This document shows positions 10,153 through 20,117 of a stretch of DNA of 64,000 bases, in pieces. The stretch lies in contig JAEOTA010000036.1 of assembly GCA_016840085.1 (NCBI GenBank), positions 100,813 through 164,812 of the forward strand, read 5' to 3'. Source of the DNA: Promethearchaeota archaeon. GTDB lineage: Archaea > Asgardarchaeota > Lokiarchaeia > Sigyniarchaeales > SOKP01. Positions within the stretch are counted from its first letter, which is position 1, and every line of letters begins with the position of its first letter. Made by a program: the position numbers and the translations under genes. A model generated the notes under the pieces. It was not told where the DNA came from, did no database searches, and was given only the letters and a program-made list of their open reading frames with translations.

Positions 10153-11307
10153 TTAAGTTTTCTCTAATTCCATCTCGGAAATCGCTTTCCCAGATCGAAA
10201 TGGAATATCCTCAAGAGATATCCCAGCTTCATAATTGAATTTCTCTTTAAATGCTTCATTTAATGACTGGAAATATAATGACAACGGTAAATTCTGCGGA
10301 CAATTATTATCGCAGTTTCCACATTCAACACATCGATCAGCAACATGAGCTACCCTTGTTAATTGATACGTTGCATTATCAATGATTTTCTCCTTTCTCT
10401 TCTTCATAAGAATACAATCAACGCAGTAGCAAACTGGGCATCCTCGGATACACGTGTTACACATAGTACATTTGAGTAGTTCTGCAATTTTATCTTCTTG
10501 TGATAAGTTATTCCATTCTTCTAAGTCATTTGCTCGTTTTTCTTTTGCTTTTTCAATTATTTCGTTGTATTTATCTGTATGTTCCTTTTTCCTTTTATCG
10601 GGAAGGATTTTCTTCCCAATACCTGATTTTTCAAGAACATCATTTCCCTTATCAGAATAAACTTTTAAAATTATTTCATCAGAGTCTATGGGGGTTCCGA
10701 TATCGCTCACAGTTAAGTCAGCTACAACTGGGATTTTTCGATAGCATCGTAAACAATTTTCTGCGACAGAAAGATCGAGTTCTTTTATGCTTCCATCATC
10801 CATCTTAACAATTAAGCCTTTATCTCCTACTTTTTCCTTGACAATTTTAGTAGGATCAACATCCTTGATTTTTCTCATTTCACGTCCTGCTTTAGGAAGC
10901 ATTCCTCTATCTTCAATACCAATTATAAAAAGATTATCGAGCTTAACTTGTCTAATTTTAGCAAGTTCTATTAATGCTCTGGTGTCGCAAGGGCGTGCTA
11001 TAAGCCCCACTTTCTCATTCATAGCCCCTGCTACAGATTTATGCAAAAATTTAGAAGCTGAATCTGTTCTTGCGTATCCAAACGCAATCAATGGGGACAA
11101 AGGAAAATCTTTTAGATCTTCTTCTTTTTCTACTAATTTTGGTTGAACAGTAAACCTATCAATTGCACCTGATTTTTTATCAACTCTCAATTGAGCGCCG
11201 ATTATCTTATCAACTACTTTTTCTCTTAATAAAGAACTTAATATTTTGGGAAAATCTTCCAATTTTATCAGATATTCTGCCATTGCATCCATGTATTTCC
11301 AACTCAA
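10153..11307 (-). CDS. FrhB/FdhB-family beta subunit with C-terminal 4Fe-4S dicluster
   Basis: ARPCDTRALIELAK, CTMCNTCIRGCPVCYCVDC and RCVECGNCDNNCP motifs; lies downstream of hdrA-mvhD. Confidence 0.85.
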   Translation of the reverse strand: MSWKYMDAMAEYLIKLEDFPKILSSLLREKVVDKIIGAQLRVDKKSGAIDRFTVQPKLVEKEEDLKDFPLSPLIAFGYARTDSASKFLHKSVAGAMNEKVGLIARPCDTRALIELAKIRQVKLDNLFIIGIEDRGMLPKAGREMRKIKDVDPTKIVKEKVGDKGLIVKMDDGSIKELDLSVAENCLRCYRKIPVVADLTVSDIGTPIDSDEIILKVYSDKGNDVLEKSGIGKKILPDKRKKEHTDKYNEIIEKAKEKRANDLEEWNNLSQEDKIAELLKCTMCNTCIRGCPVCYCVDCILMKKRKEKIIDNATYQLTRVAHVADRCVECGNCDNNCPQNLPLSLYFQSLNEAFKEKFNYEAGISLEDIPFRSGKAISEMELEKT

Positions 11308-11392
11308 TTATTTAGACTTACATTGATTTTTATTTTTGTATTAAATCTTCAAAATTTTTAATAGATTTATTTATAATTATAATAACTTTATT

Positions 11393-11465
11393 ATGTGTTA
11401 TATGGTGCTCCCATTTCTTCAACTGAGTTCTCATTTTTTCAACTCAGTTTCATTAGTCAACACAT
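11393..11465 (-). promoter_or_regulatory. Eukaryote-like SECIS element in the 3' UTR of mvhD
   Basis: The mRNA reads AUGA-AACUGAGUU-GAAAAAAUGAG-AACUCAGUU-GA: AUGA/GA core, perfect 9-bp helix and A-rich apical loop, with a lower helix AUGUGUU/AACACAU. Confidence 0.85.
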
Positions 11466-11471
11466 TAATTT

Positions 11472-11924
11472 TTAAGCCTTAGCTGTTGCTTTAGCTTTTT
11501 CTTGTGCATCGCTTTTTTTTCGTAAAGGATTCGGACCTAGTTCTCGAATTAATTTATCGAATTCTGTTGCTACTTTCTGGAATTTTGCACCTTCTGCGGA
11601 ACTACAATATTCCATTTTTATTCTCTTCGGATTTATTCCTACAGTTTTAGTAACTTCATTGAGATATTCTACTAAACGATAAGCAAAATAATTACCGCTC
11701 TCGTAATCACATTCTCCCGGATATCATCCAACAATTAAAATTCCGTCAGCACCTCTGCCAAAAGCTCTCATTACTAGATCTACTCCTACTCTTCCCGTGC
11801 AAGGAACTAACACTGTTCTTAGGGACGTTGGATACTGAGCCCGAATAGTTCCCGCCATATCTGCACCACCATATCCTCATTTTAAACATAAAAATGCTAA
11901 TATTTTTATATCCTCATTTGTCAT
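11472..11924 (-). CDS. mvhD: MvhD/VhuD [2Fe-2S] subunit, selenoprotein with 2 Sec (150 aa); absent from ORF track
   Basis: MTNEDIKILAFLCLK-U-GYGGADMAG...VPCTGRV...GADGILIVG-U-YPGECDYESGN...CSSAEGAKF. TGA at 11877-11879 and 11724-11726, both at conserved Cys sites. GAGGTG RBS upstream, TAA stop. Confidence 0.95.
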
Positions 11925-11937
11925 TCTATCCACCTCT

Positions 11938-13914
11938 TTAATCCTCAATTGGTAATAATTCATCAATATATGCAACATATTGATTATCTTTGTAATGTGC
12001 TAATTCTATAGCTTTTGATGGGCAAAGTGATTCGCAAATTCCGCATCCTCTACAGGAAATAATATCCACTTGAATTAAACCCTTTTCATTAACTGAAATT
12101 GCACTATAGGGACATGCCTCAATACATTTATAACATTTAGCACAGCGTTCATCTAATGGTTGAGCACGGATTAATTCCATAGTATATTTCTCAAGTTTCA
12201 TGGGTATATTAGCCGTGGAAGCAGCACCCTTTGCTTGACTAACTGTATAATCTATAGATTTTTGACCTTGACAAGAACCTGCTAAATAGATACCTGGGAC
12301 TTTTGTATTAATTGGATCAAGTCGTGGATGCATTTCTTTTAAAAATCCATCTGGTGTTTTTTCTATATTCATTACCGAAGCTATTTCATTTGTACCTTGA
12401 GAAGGTAATGAAGCTGATGAAAGAACAACCATTTCAAATTCCATCTCAATAACAGAATCTGTACCTACAGGTTCAAACTGTACTTTGAGATTTTTTGTTT
12501 TAGGATCTTCTTCAATTTTGCCTATTAAACCTTTAATAAACATAATTCCTGCATCCCTCGCCCTTCTGTAATATTCTTCATACATTTTTCCTCCGCATCT
12601 CATATCTATATAACTAACAACAATTTCAGAATCAGGATATTCAGACATTATTAGCTTAGAGTTTTTTACAGATAAATTACAGCATACAACGCTACAATAC
12701 TCGTGAGTCTTTAAATCCCTGGAACCTACGCAGTTTATAAATAATATTCTTTTAGGATGTTTTCTATCAGAAGGTCTCATTAGATGACCGAAAGTAGGGC
12801 CATTTGGTGCAAGAATTCTTTCTAATTGTATTTGAGTAATTACGTTCTCATATGTTCCATACCCATAATCATCTCCTTGATATAGATCCCACCCTGTAGC
12901 AACTATTATTGTTCCTACATCTAATTCCATGATTTCTTCTTTTTGACTAAAATCTATAGCTTCAGTATCACAGGCATCTACACATGCGAAACATTCAACA
13001 CAAGAGCCTCTTTCAATATCTGAAATTGCAGGAACTGCTTGAGCAAACGCTATATCTATACATTTTCGTGCAGAGAGATTTTCATCAAAGTAATTCGGTA
13101 CATATACTGGGCATGCTTCCGTACATGATCCACATCCGGTACACCTCTCCTCATTGACAAAACGTGGGTTTTTCTTTACTTGTACTCTAAAATTACCAAT
13201 ATATCCTTCAACATTAATGACTTCACTATATGATAAAATTTCGATATTTTCATGCCTATCAGCTTCAAGCATTTTAGGGCCAAGAATTCATATACTACAG
13301 TCATCTGTAGGAAATGTTCGATCAAGTTGGGACATTCGTCCTCCAATTGTAGTATTCTTTTCTACTAAATATACTTTATAACCTGCATCGCCTAAATCTA
13401 TAGCTGCACTTAATCCAGCAATTCCTCCTCCAATGACTAGAGAAGTTGGATTTATTGGAACAGTTTTTGTGGGAATATCTTCTAACAATTGTGCTCGTGA
13501 GATTCCTGCTTTTATTAATTCAATTGCCTTTAATGTTGCTTTATCTCGAATTTCTTTTGCCTGATGAACATAACTACAATGCTCTCTAATATTAGAGAAC
13601 TCTAAATATCTCTGTGGTATACCTGCTTCTTTTAAGATTCCATGAAAAACAGGTTCATGTGTTAAAGGAGTTCAAGCGGCAACAACAATACGATTAAATC
13701 CCTTTTCTTCTATTTGTTCCTTAATATACTCGGCACCACCAGAAGTACACATGTTTAAATATTCATAACTATACACGTTAGGTAATCTATCAATTTCATT
13801 TACGATTTTTGGAATGTCCAAAATACCTGCTATGTTAATGCCTCAGCGACACACAAATACGCCAACTACTGGCAATTCATTGTTATTATTATCATTGGTC
13901 TGTTTTTCAGACAA
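11938..13914 (-). CDS. hdrA: Heterodisulfide reductase subunit A, selenoprotein with 3 Sec (658 aa)
   Basis: One continuous frame from TTG 13914 (AGGTGG RBS): GVFVCR-U-GINIAG (13843-13845), VVAA-U-TPLTHE (13672-13674), TFPTDDCSI-U-ILGPKM (13288-13290). Has the GGGIAG FAD motif and ferredoxin motifs, and joins the two track ORFs. Confidence 0.95.
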
Positions 13915-14241
13915 ATTAACCACCTATATTAAACCTAACCTCCTAAGTTTTTATGGCTATATTTTCTCTTAGTTTCTTAGAGTCTTTCTAAGAAATGTGT
14001 TATGATCTTGTAAATAGTCAATATTATTAAAATTAAATTATTATCAAATTTTAATTCAATTCTTCAATCATCTGATAAATTAATCGAAGTACCATCTTTA
14101 AGAAAAAAAAAAGAGAAAAAAAGAATTTTATTATTTATTTTAAGTTTTTTAATAGGTTGATGACAAAGAGATTTTTCGCGCCTTTCATCTATATCAATAA
14201 TAGAAGATCGAACTATTCGTCTAATTTCAACTTATTTCTCC

Positions 14242-16125
14242 TTAAGATATTATTCCTAATTCTTTTAATTTTTCTTCAGTTGGTCTTCCTGTTTCCCAAT
14301 CCCATCCACGAATACTATAATACTTCTTCAAATTGTCCTCTAAGTCAAGTTTTACTCCTTTTATTCTTCCTGAGGATAAAATTTTCATATTATGATTAGT
14401 TAATCTGTCGTCTTTTCTTGTAATTCCTAAATTACAGCTGATTAAACGTTTCAGATTGTTTATACGCTCCCCAACTTTCATTAGTGATTTTCTATCATAA
14501 TTAAACCCAGTGGCAGCATTAATATATCCGATAATGTGTTCGAGTGAAGGATTTGCAAAATTACAATTCACAGCAGAATCATCAATAGCTCTAAGATCTT
14601 GAAGATTAATAATTCCTCTTTCTCTTCCTTTAATATCATTTCTTCCTTTACTTCTTTTGATACGTAGAACTTGAAAAGTTACATTTCCTAATTCAGCTCC
14701 ATACCAATCACATTTATTATGATTCGCACCTACACATCCAGTCATATAACTTAAAGCTTGTCCTGCAAATGCGCGAGGTTCATGCATGGGTATCTCTAGT
14801 CCCTTTACGTGAGCTGCTAATTCAGGATCAACTTCTAACTTATCAGCTATGATTCTCACACCTTCAGCAAGAACCTCACCTATTCCTTCCCTTTTAACTA
14901 TTTTTTCAATAAGTTTGCAGACAATTTCACCATTTCCCCACTTAATATCTTCTATTGGAATATTATTTAAGTACTTCTTTATTTTTTCAATTCCTAGATT
15001 ATTTTGAACTAAATAAATTAGAAACGCAATTGAGACGCCACAAGAAATAGTATCGATTCCATATTTATTACATAAATGATTTGCAAGAATAACAGGTTTT
15101 GAATTAAATACACCGCATAAAGTTCCTAATGCAGCAACAGATTCATATTCTGGACCGTCAATTTCAATATCTTTACCATCTATATTAATTATTGTTGATT
15201 TACCACACTTTATTGTACAACCTACGCATCCATAATTAAAGACAGGATATTTTTCTCTTAGAGTCTTCCCAGTTAAATTTTCGGCAAAAAATTCTGCCTC
15301 TGTAAAATAATATCCTGGTGTATCCCCGTTAACCATCCCCAGATCGAGATACATATTTGTACCATATAAATTAAAAAGTAAGGAACCTATATTTGCCATC
15401 ATATTTTCTTCCTTTTCGAGTTCCTCCTGCTTTCTTAATTTTTTACCGAGTTCATTATCAGCAAGATTAATCCTTTTTGTTCCCTCTATTACTAGCGCTT
15501 TTAAATTCTTTGACCCCATAAGAGCTCCTAATCCACATCTACCTACTGCTCTTCTCTCATCATTTATTATTGCTCCATATTTCACAAGGCTTTCTCCCCC
15601 AGGTCCAATACAAGCAATCCGAACTTTTGGGTTATTTAATTCATCTTTAATTAGTTTTTGAGTCTCATAACAATCTTTTCCGTTTAAATTTGAAGCGTCT
15701 CTAAACTCAAATTCCCCATTATGGATATACAAATAAGTTGATTTCTCTGCCTTTCCTGAGAAAACAATAGCATCAAATCCACTATTTCTCAAGGAGATAC
15801 AAAACGATCCTCCTGAAGATCCTTCACCCCAAATCCCCGTTAAGGGTGATATACCACTCACAGTATAACGACCTGAAGATGGTCGAATAGTGCCTGTTAT
15901 AGGACCAGTCGCAAAAATTAATGGGTTAATATCTGAATAAGGATTTTCTTTCAATTTATTGTAATCATCTTTTGATAGTAGATCGTAGATTATTTTAGCG
16001 CTTAAACCTGTCCCTCCTAAGTATTCTTTAGCAGTTTTTGGATCTAAATCTTTTATTTCAAAATTTTTTTTGGTTAAATCAACAAAAAGGATTTTTCCAT
16101 TATAACCATATAATTTATCATTCAT
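14242..16125 (-). CDS. aor: Tungsten aldehyde:ferredoxin oxidoreductase family protein
   Basis: SPLTG, GRCGLGALMGSKNLKA, CVGCTIKC, GPEYE, GIDTIS and KGLEIPMHEPR motifs. Confidence 0.93.
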   Translation of the reverse strand: MNDKLYGYNGKILFVDLTKKNFEIKDLDPKTAKEYLGGTGLSAKIIYDLLSKDDYNKLKENPYSDINPLIFATGPITGTIRPSSGRYTVSGISPLTGIWGEGSSGGSFCISLRNSGFDAIVFSGKAEKSTYLYIHNGEFEFRDASNLNGKDCYETQKLIKDELNNPKVRIACIGPGGESLVKYGAIINDERRAVGRCGLGALMGSKNLKALVIEGTKRINLADNELGKKLRKQEELEKEENMMANIGSLLFNLYGTNMYLDLGMVNGDTPGYYFTEAEFFAENLTGKTLREKYPVFNYGCVGCTIKCGKSTIINIDGKDIEIDGPEYESVAALGTLCGVFNSKPVILANHLCNKYGIDTISCGVSIAFLIYLVQNNLGIEKIKKYLNNIPIEDIKWGNGEIVCKLIEKIVKREGIGEVLAEGVRIIADKLEVDPELAAHVKGLEIPMHEPRAFAGQALSYMTGCVGANHNKCDWYGAELGNVTFQVLRIKRSKGRNDIKGRERGIINLQDLRAIDDSAVNCNFANPSLEHIIGYINAATGFNYDRKSLMKVGERINNLKRLISCNLGITRKDDRLTNHNMKILSSGRIKGVKLDLEDNLKKYYSIRGWDWETGRPTEEKLKELGIIS

Positions 16126-16148
16126 TCTTTTAAATCACTCCAAATAAT

Positions 16149-17444
16149 TTAAAAATCAATAGTTCTGCCGTCCCAGGCATATTCAAACATTCTTTTTAAA
16201 ATTTCTTTATCGATATAACGAGAAGATAAGAGAGCTACTGCATCATTTTCAGCATAATTTACTAAGAGATCTAAATTTTTGTGATATTCCTCCTCATTAA
16301 TAACAGGATTCTTTATTTCTTTCACACATACTGGGCCATCTAATGAATATATGAAATCTTTAACATTTTGAAGAAATTCAATAAATAACTCATCATTATC
16401 TTTGTTTTTAGAATCAATTCCAAAAAGAGGGCATAAATCTTTCCACCTTTCTGAAATTTTCGCTTGGAAAGCGATCGTATAAGGTAGAAACATGCCTACA
16501 CAGAGTCCATGATGAACCCTGCATACTTTCCCTAAACTATGGCCTAAGGCATGATCAATTCCAACGCGAGAATTACTAAATCCGAGTCCTGCCATCAATG
16601 CTGCTAATTGCATATGTAATCTTGCTTCTATATCTTTTGCTCCATATTTATATGCTCGAGGCAAATATGTTATTATTTCTTTAATAGCATATATATTCAT
16701 GGCATCCGTGAGGGGGTTTCCCCAAGATGATACGTACGCTCCTGCTGCATGAGCTAATGCGTCAAGTCCGGTCGCCATGGTTAAAAAAGGTGGCATATCT
16801 TTTACAAAATCAGTTATTAAAACTGCAAAATCAGGAACTAACTCAGAATGGGCGAGGGCTAATTTTTTCGGAGGATCTCGATTTATGTCAGTTAACATTG
16901 CTGCACTGGTAACTTCAGATCCCGTTCCTGATGTTGTCGGAATAGCTATTAAATATTTAATTTTTTTACGTAAACCAAGGCTTCCAAAAGGTAAAATCAT
17001 ATATAGATTCGTTTCAGGTTTCTCGTATTTAATCATTACAGCTTTTGCAGTGTCAATTACACTCCCTCCACCAATTGCCACAAAGATTTTAGGCTTAAAA
17101 TCTTCACATATTTTTACAGCTTCTTCAATAGTATCAAAAGGAGCCTCTGGTTTCACTCCTGACCATACTTTTGACGACATATTAATTTTATTTAATTCTT
17201 TGCTTATTTGGCTGGCAAATTTCACAGTAAAATCATCAGTTATTATTAAAGCCCTTCTATCTTCTTCTTCAAGACTGGCATCTAAGAATCCACTTAACTG
17301 ATTTAATGCTGCTATTCCAAATAAAATTTGTGCTGTTCGAAAAGATGCCATTAATCCAGCTGGTGCTCGTCCTTTCAATGCACCTATAAGATCTTTTATC
17401 ATATCACTTTCATAAAAAGCTATTTGCTCAGGTTCATTTTCCAA
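16149..17444 (-). CDS. Iron-containing alcohol dehydrogenase
   Basis: AIGGGSVIDTAK, IPTTSGTGSEVT, GLDALAHA and HALGHSLG..HHG motifs. Confidence 0.93.
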   Translation of the reverse strand: MENEPEQIAFYESDMIKDLIGALKGRAPAGLMASFRTAQILFGIAALNQLSGFLDASLEEEDRRALIITDDFTVKFASQISKELNKINMSSKVWSGVKPEAPFDTIEEAVKICEDFKPKIFVAIGGGSVIDTAKAVMIKYEKPETNLYMILPFGSLGLRKKIKYLIAIPTTSGTGSEVTSAAMLTDINRDPPKKLALAHSELVPDFAVLITDFVKDMPPFLTMATGLDALAHAAGAYVSSWGNPLTDAMNIYAIKEIITYLPRAYKYGAKDIEARLHMQLAALMAGLGFSNSRVGIDHALGHSLGKVCRVHHGLCVGMFLPYTIAFQAKISERWKDLCPLFGIDSKNKDNDELFIEFLQNVKDFIYSLDGPVCVKEIKNPVINEEEYHKNLDLLVNYAENDAVALLSSRYIDKEILKRMFEYAWDGRTIDF

Positions 17445-17580
17445 AAAATACCACCTCTTTATTTCTTAATGTATTTTTCGATAAAATGTTTTATTAAATT
17501 AACTCTTCTTAATAAATTTTAATTCCAACAAAAACGAATTATTAAATATTATTATCTTCAAATTCTTGAGAAAACTCGAT

Positions 17581-18246
17581 ATGAACACGTTTATAACTCT
17601 TCGGAAGGAAAATGAAAGAGAAATACCTGATAAGTTTAAAAAATATGACTTTCGAATGCCTGAAGCTTTAATTCGGTATTTTTTTAAAATTTATACGAAA
17701 AACGGAGATAAAGTATTTGACATGTTCGCTGGTCTTGGCACAACCTTAATTGTGGCAGAAGAAATGAACCTTATACCCTTTGGAATTGAACTGAGAGAGG
17801 AATTTTGTGATTATATTAAAACTATATTAATAAATAAAAACAACATTATTCATGGTGATGCACGTAATTTAAACAATTATAATCTTCCTAAAATGGACTT
17901 TTGTATTACATCACCACCATATATGCATAAAGATGATGAAGAATTCGCCCTTTCATCATATACAACTAAAGGCACATATAATAAGTATTTACAAGAATTA
18001 AGAGAAATTTATGTAAAGCTCAAAACAATTTTAAAACCTGATTGTTATATCATTATCGAAGTTGCAAATCTAAAAAGAAATGAAATCACCACTCTCGCAT
18101 GGGATATTGGAAGAGCAATCTCTAAAGTCTTTCAATTCATAGGAGAAGTTATAATTGGCTGGGAAAAAGAAGAAAGTTCAAAAGAAAATGGTACTTATGG
18201 GTATGGATATGACCATTCTTACTGTTTAATTTTTAGAAATACTTAA
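17581..18246 (+). CDS. N4/N6-type (SPPY) DNA/RNA methyltransferase, solitary
   Basis: DMFAGLGTT SAM motif followed by ITSPPY. ATG 17581 preferred over TTG 17566. Confidence 0.8.
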   Translation: MNTFITLRKENEREIPDKFKKYDFRMPEALIRYFFKIYTKNGDKVFDMFAGLGTTLIVAEEMNLIPFGIELREEFCDYIKTILINKNNIIHGDARNLNNYNLPKMDFCITSPPYMHKDDEEFALSSYTTKGTYNKYLQELREIYVKLKTILKPDCYIIIEVANLKRNEITTLAWDIGRAISKVFQFIGEVIIGWEKEESSKENGTYGYGYDHSYCLIFRNT

Positions 18247-18304
18247 ATTTGGAAGAATTAATTAAATTTTTCCTTCTGATTCCATACTTTAAATAGAGAT
18301 CATT

Positions 18305-19102
18305 CTAGCGATCATCAGATTTACTTTGTTTATAATCCAGTTCTCTCTTGATGAAATTTATATTCTCTTTAAGAGTATCTGCGATAGGTTCATCACTCAG
18401 ATTAAGGTTATCCAAAATATCTATAGCATCTTCAAAAAGTTTTAATGCTTCTGGATATTGAGAACGTTTGTAATACACACCAGGTATGTTGAAGAATTTA
18501 AACGCAATACATTGTATTGCTGTTATTAAAACCCAAATTATTATAAGTATTGTTAATATCCATTCTATTAATGGATTAAGCGTAATTAAAAGGAGCAATA
18601 AAACACCTCCTATAATAAAGCCGTAATATGCTACGTATTTTTTAAAAGCTGGTCCTTTATATAATTTTGATTTAGGGCCTTGATACATTAATATACTATA
18701 AAGAACAATATATATACCTGATCCAGTAAAAGCTATAACTGCAACAAAAGCGTGAAATATAAGAAAGGCTTCTATGTATGTCTCATCAGGAATTATACCA
18801 ACTAAAGCAATACACACACAAGTGAAAACCGATATCCCTGTAGCTAGTCTTCTAATATTGTCTTCTATATTTACTAATTCTCTTTCGAGATATAGAAAAA
18901 ATGGGATTAGTAATGACCCAGCTACCACAAAACCAATACTAAATAATGACTTTGCTTGACCTTCCCCTAAAGAACTTACAGCATGTCTTAATGGAGTATA
19001 TCCAGGAGTAAGACATGCAGCAATAGGCAATATTATAGCTACAAATAATGTTCCAAAAAAACCAAATAAAACTTCCATCCTAGTTTCCTTTCTTGATACC
19101 AT
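18305..19102 (-). CDS. DUF998-family membrane protein with C-terminal TPR-like helix pair
   Basis: PGYTPLRHAVSSLG and IFHAFVA motifs, ~6 TM segments, GVYYKRSQYPEALKLFEDAI tail. Confidence 0.7.
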   Translation of the reverse strand: MVSRKETRMEVLFGFFGTLFVAIILPIAACLTPGYTPLRHAVSSLGEGQAKSLFSIGFVVAGSLLIPFFLYLERELVNIEDNIRRLATGISVFTCVCIALVGIIPDETYIEAFLIFHAFVAVIAFTGSGIYIVLYSILMYQGPKSKLYKGPAFKKYVAYYGFIIGGVLLLLLITLNPLIEWILTILIIIWVLITAIQCIAFKFFNIPGVYYKRSQYPEALKLFEDAIDILDNLNLSDEPIADTLKENINFIKRELDYKQSKSDDR

Positions 19103-19420
19103 TATAATTTAACCTCATTTAATATAGCCTTTTTGAATCTCTAGTTTTTTTTTAATAAAATAATTTGTCAATAAACTTATTAAATTTTTACTTGATTTGT
19201 GTTAATTAAATTTTTTTTGGTGATAGGGAAATACAAAAAAATTTGAAAAAATATCAACCTTTAGTAAATGTTTTAAATAAATATGTAATATTCATTAAAC
19301 ATAAAAAATTAAATAAAAAAGAATCATAAAGTCTTAATTAAGAAAAAAGAGCTAAAAATTTTTGTTCAATCTATAATAAAGCTCTAAAAATTAACATTAT
19401 TCGAGATATTGTGAAAAATC

Positions 19421-19966
19421 ATGGAAGAAGAATTAAAAGAAAAATTTACATTTAAGGTAACGGTCATTGGAGACGGATTTGTAGGGAAGACATCTTTAAT
19501 AAATAAATTTACTCAAGGAGGTTTTCAAGAAGATTACATTCAAACTATTGGAGCTCAATGGTCAAAATTTGAAGAAGAACTTGAGGGAGATATATGTAAA
19601 CTATTTTTTTGGGATATAGCTGGTCAAGATGCGTTCCATTTTTTACGACCTGTTTTTTATAAATCAAGTTTAGCAGCTATTATAGTCTTTTCTATTGAGG
19701 ATAATGATTTTGGTCAAGAAAGTTTCAAACATGTAGTGAATTGGCATGACGAGATCAAGAAATTTTGTGGTGATATTCCAGTTGTACTTTTCGGTAATAA
19801 ATTTGATCTAGTTGATGAAGAAAATATAGATGATGAAAATATTTTAAAATTAGTTGACAAGCGGAACTTTATTGGGTATTATCGAACATCAGCAAAAACA
19901 GGACATAATGTTGAGGATGCCTTCAAAGCAATAATTAAAGAATTACATGATAGATATAAATCTTAA
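19421..19966 (+). CDS. Rab-like small GTPase
   Basis: GDGFVGKT, WDIAGQ, NKFD and TSAK motifs. Confidence 0.93.
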   Translation: MEEELKEKFTFKVTVIGDGFVGKTSLINKFTQGGFQEDYIQTIGAQWSKFEEELEGDICKLFFWDIAGQDAFHFLRPVFYKSSLAAIIVFSIEDNDFGQESFKHVVNWHDEIKKFCGDIPVVLFGNKFDLVDEENIDDENILKLVDKRNFIGYYRTSAKTGHNVEDAFKAIIKELHDRYKS

Positions 19967-20117
19967 AACTCAGTTTCAATCTCAAAACATAAATTATCCC
20001 TAAAAAAATGCAGTTTCTGTGGTAAGAAAATTGAAATAGAGCCATCCTAATTAATATGTTTTAGACATTTTATAGGAGTAATCAAGATAAAAAAAAATAA
20101 GAAAAAATAATTAATTT

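Noticed and set aside
11472-13914. Genome-wide reassignment of UGA (to Trp, Cys or Gly), or pseudogenisation of hdrA/mvhD
   Set aside because: UGA ends ordinary genes here (31369-31371, 57202-57204, 63809-63811). The in-frame UGAs occur only at conserved Cys sites in known selenoprotein families next to a SECIS-like hairpin.
14157-14241. Small ORF or structured RNA between aor and hdrA
   Set aside because: The minus-strand frame after a GGAGA/TTG has several stops, and no convincing hairpin or SECIS core is present.
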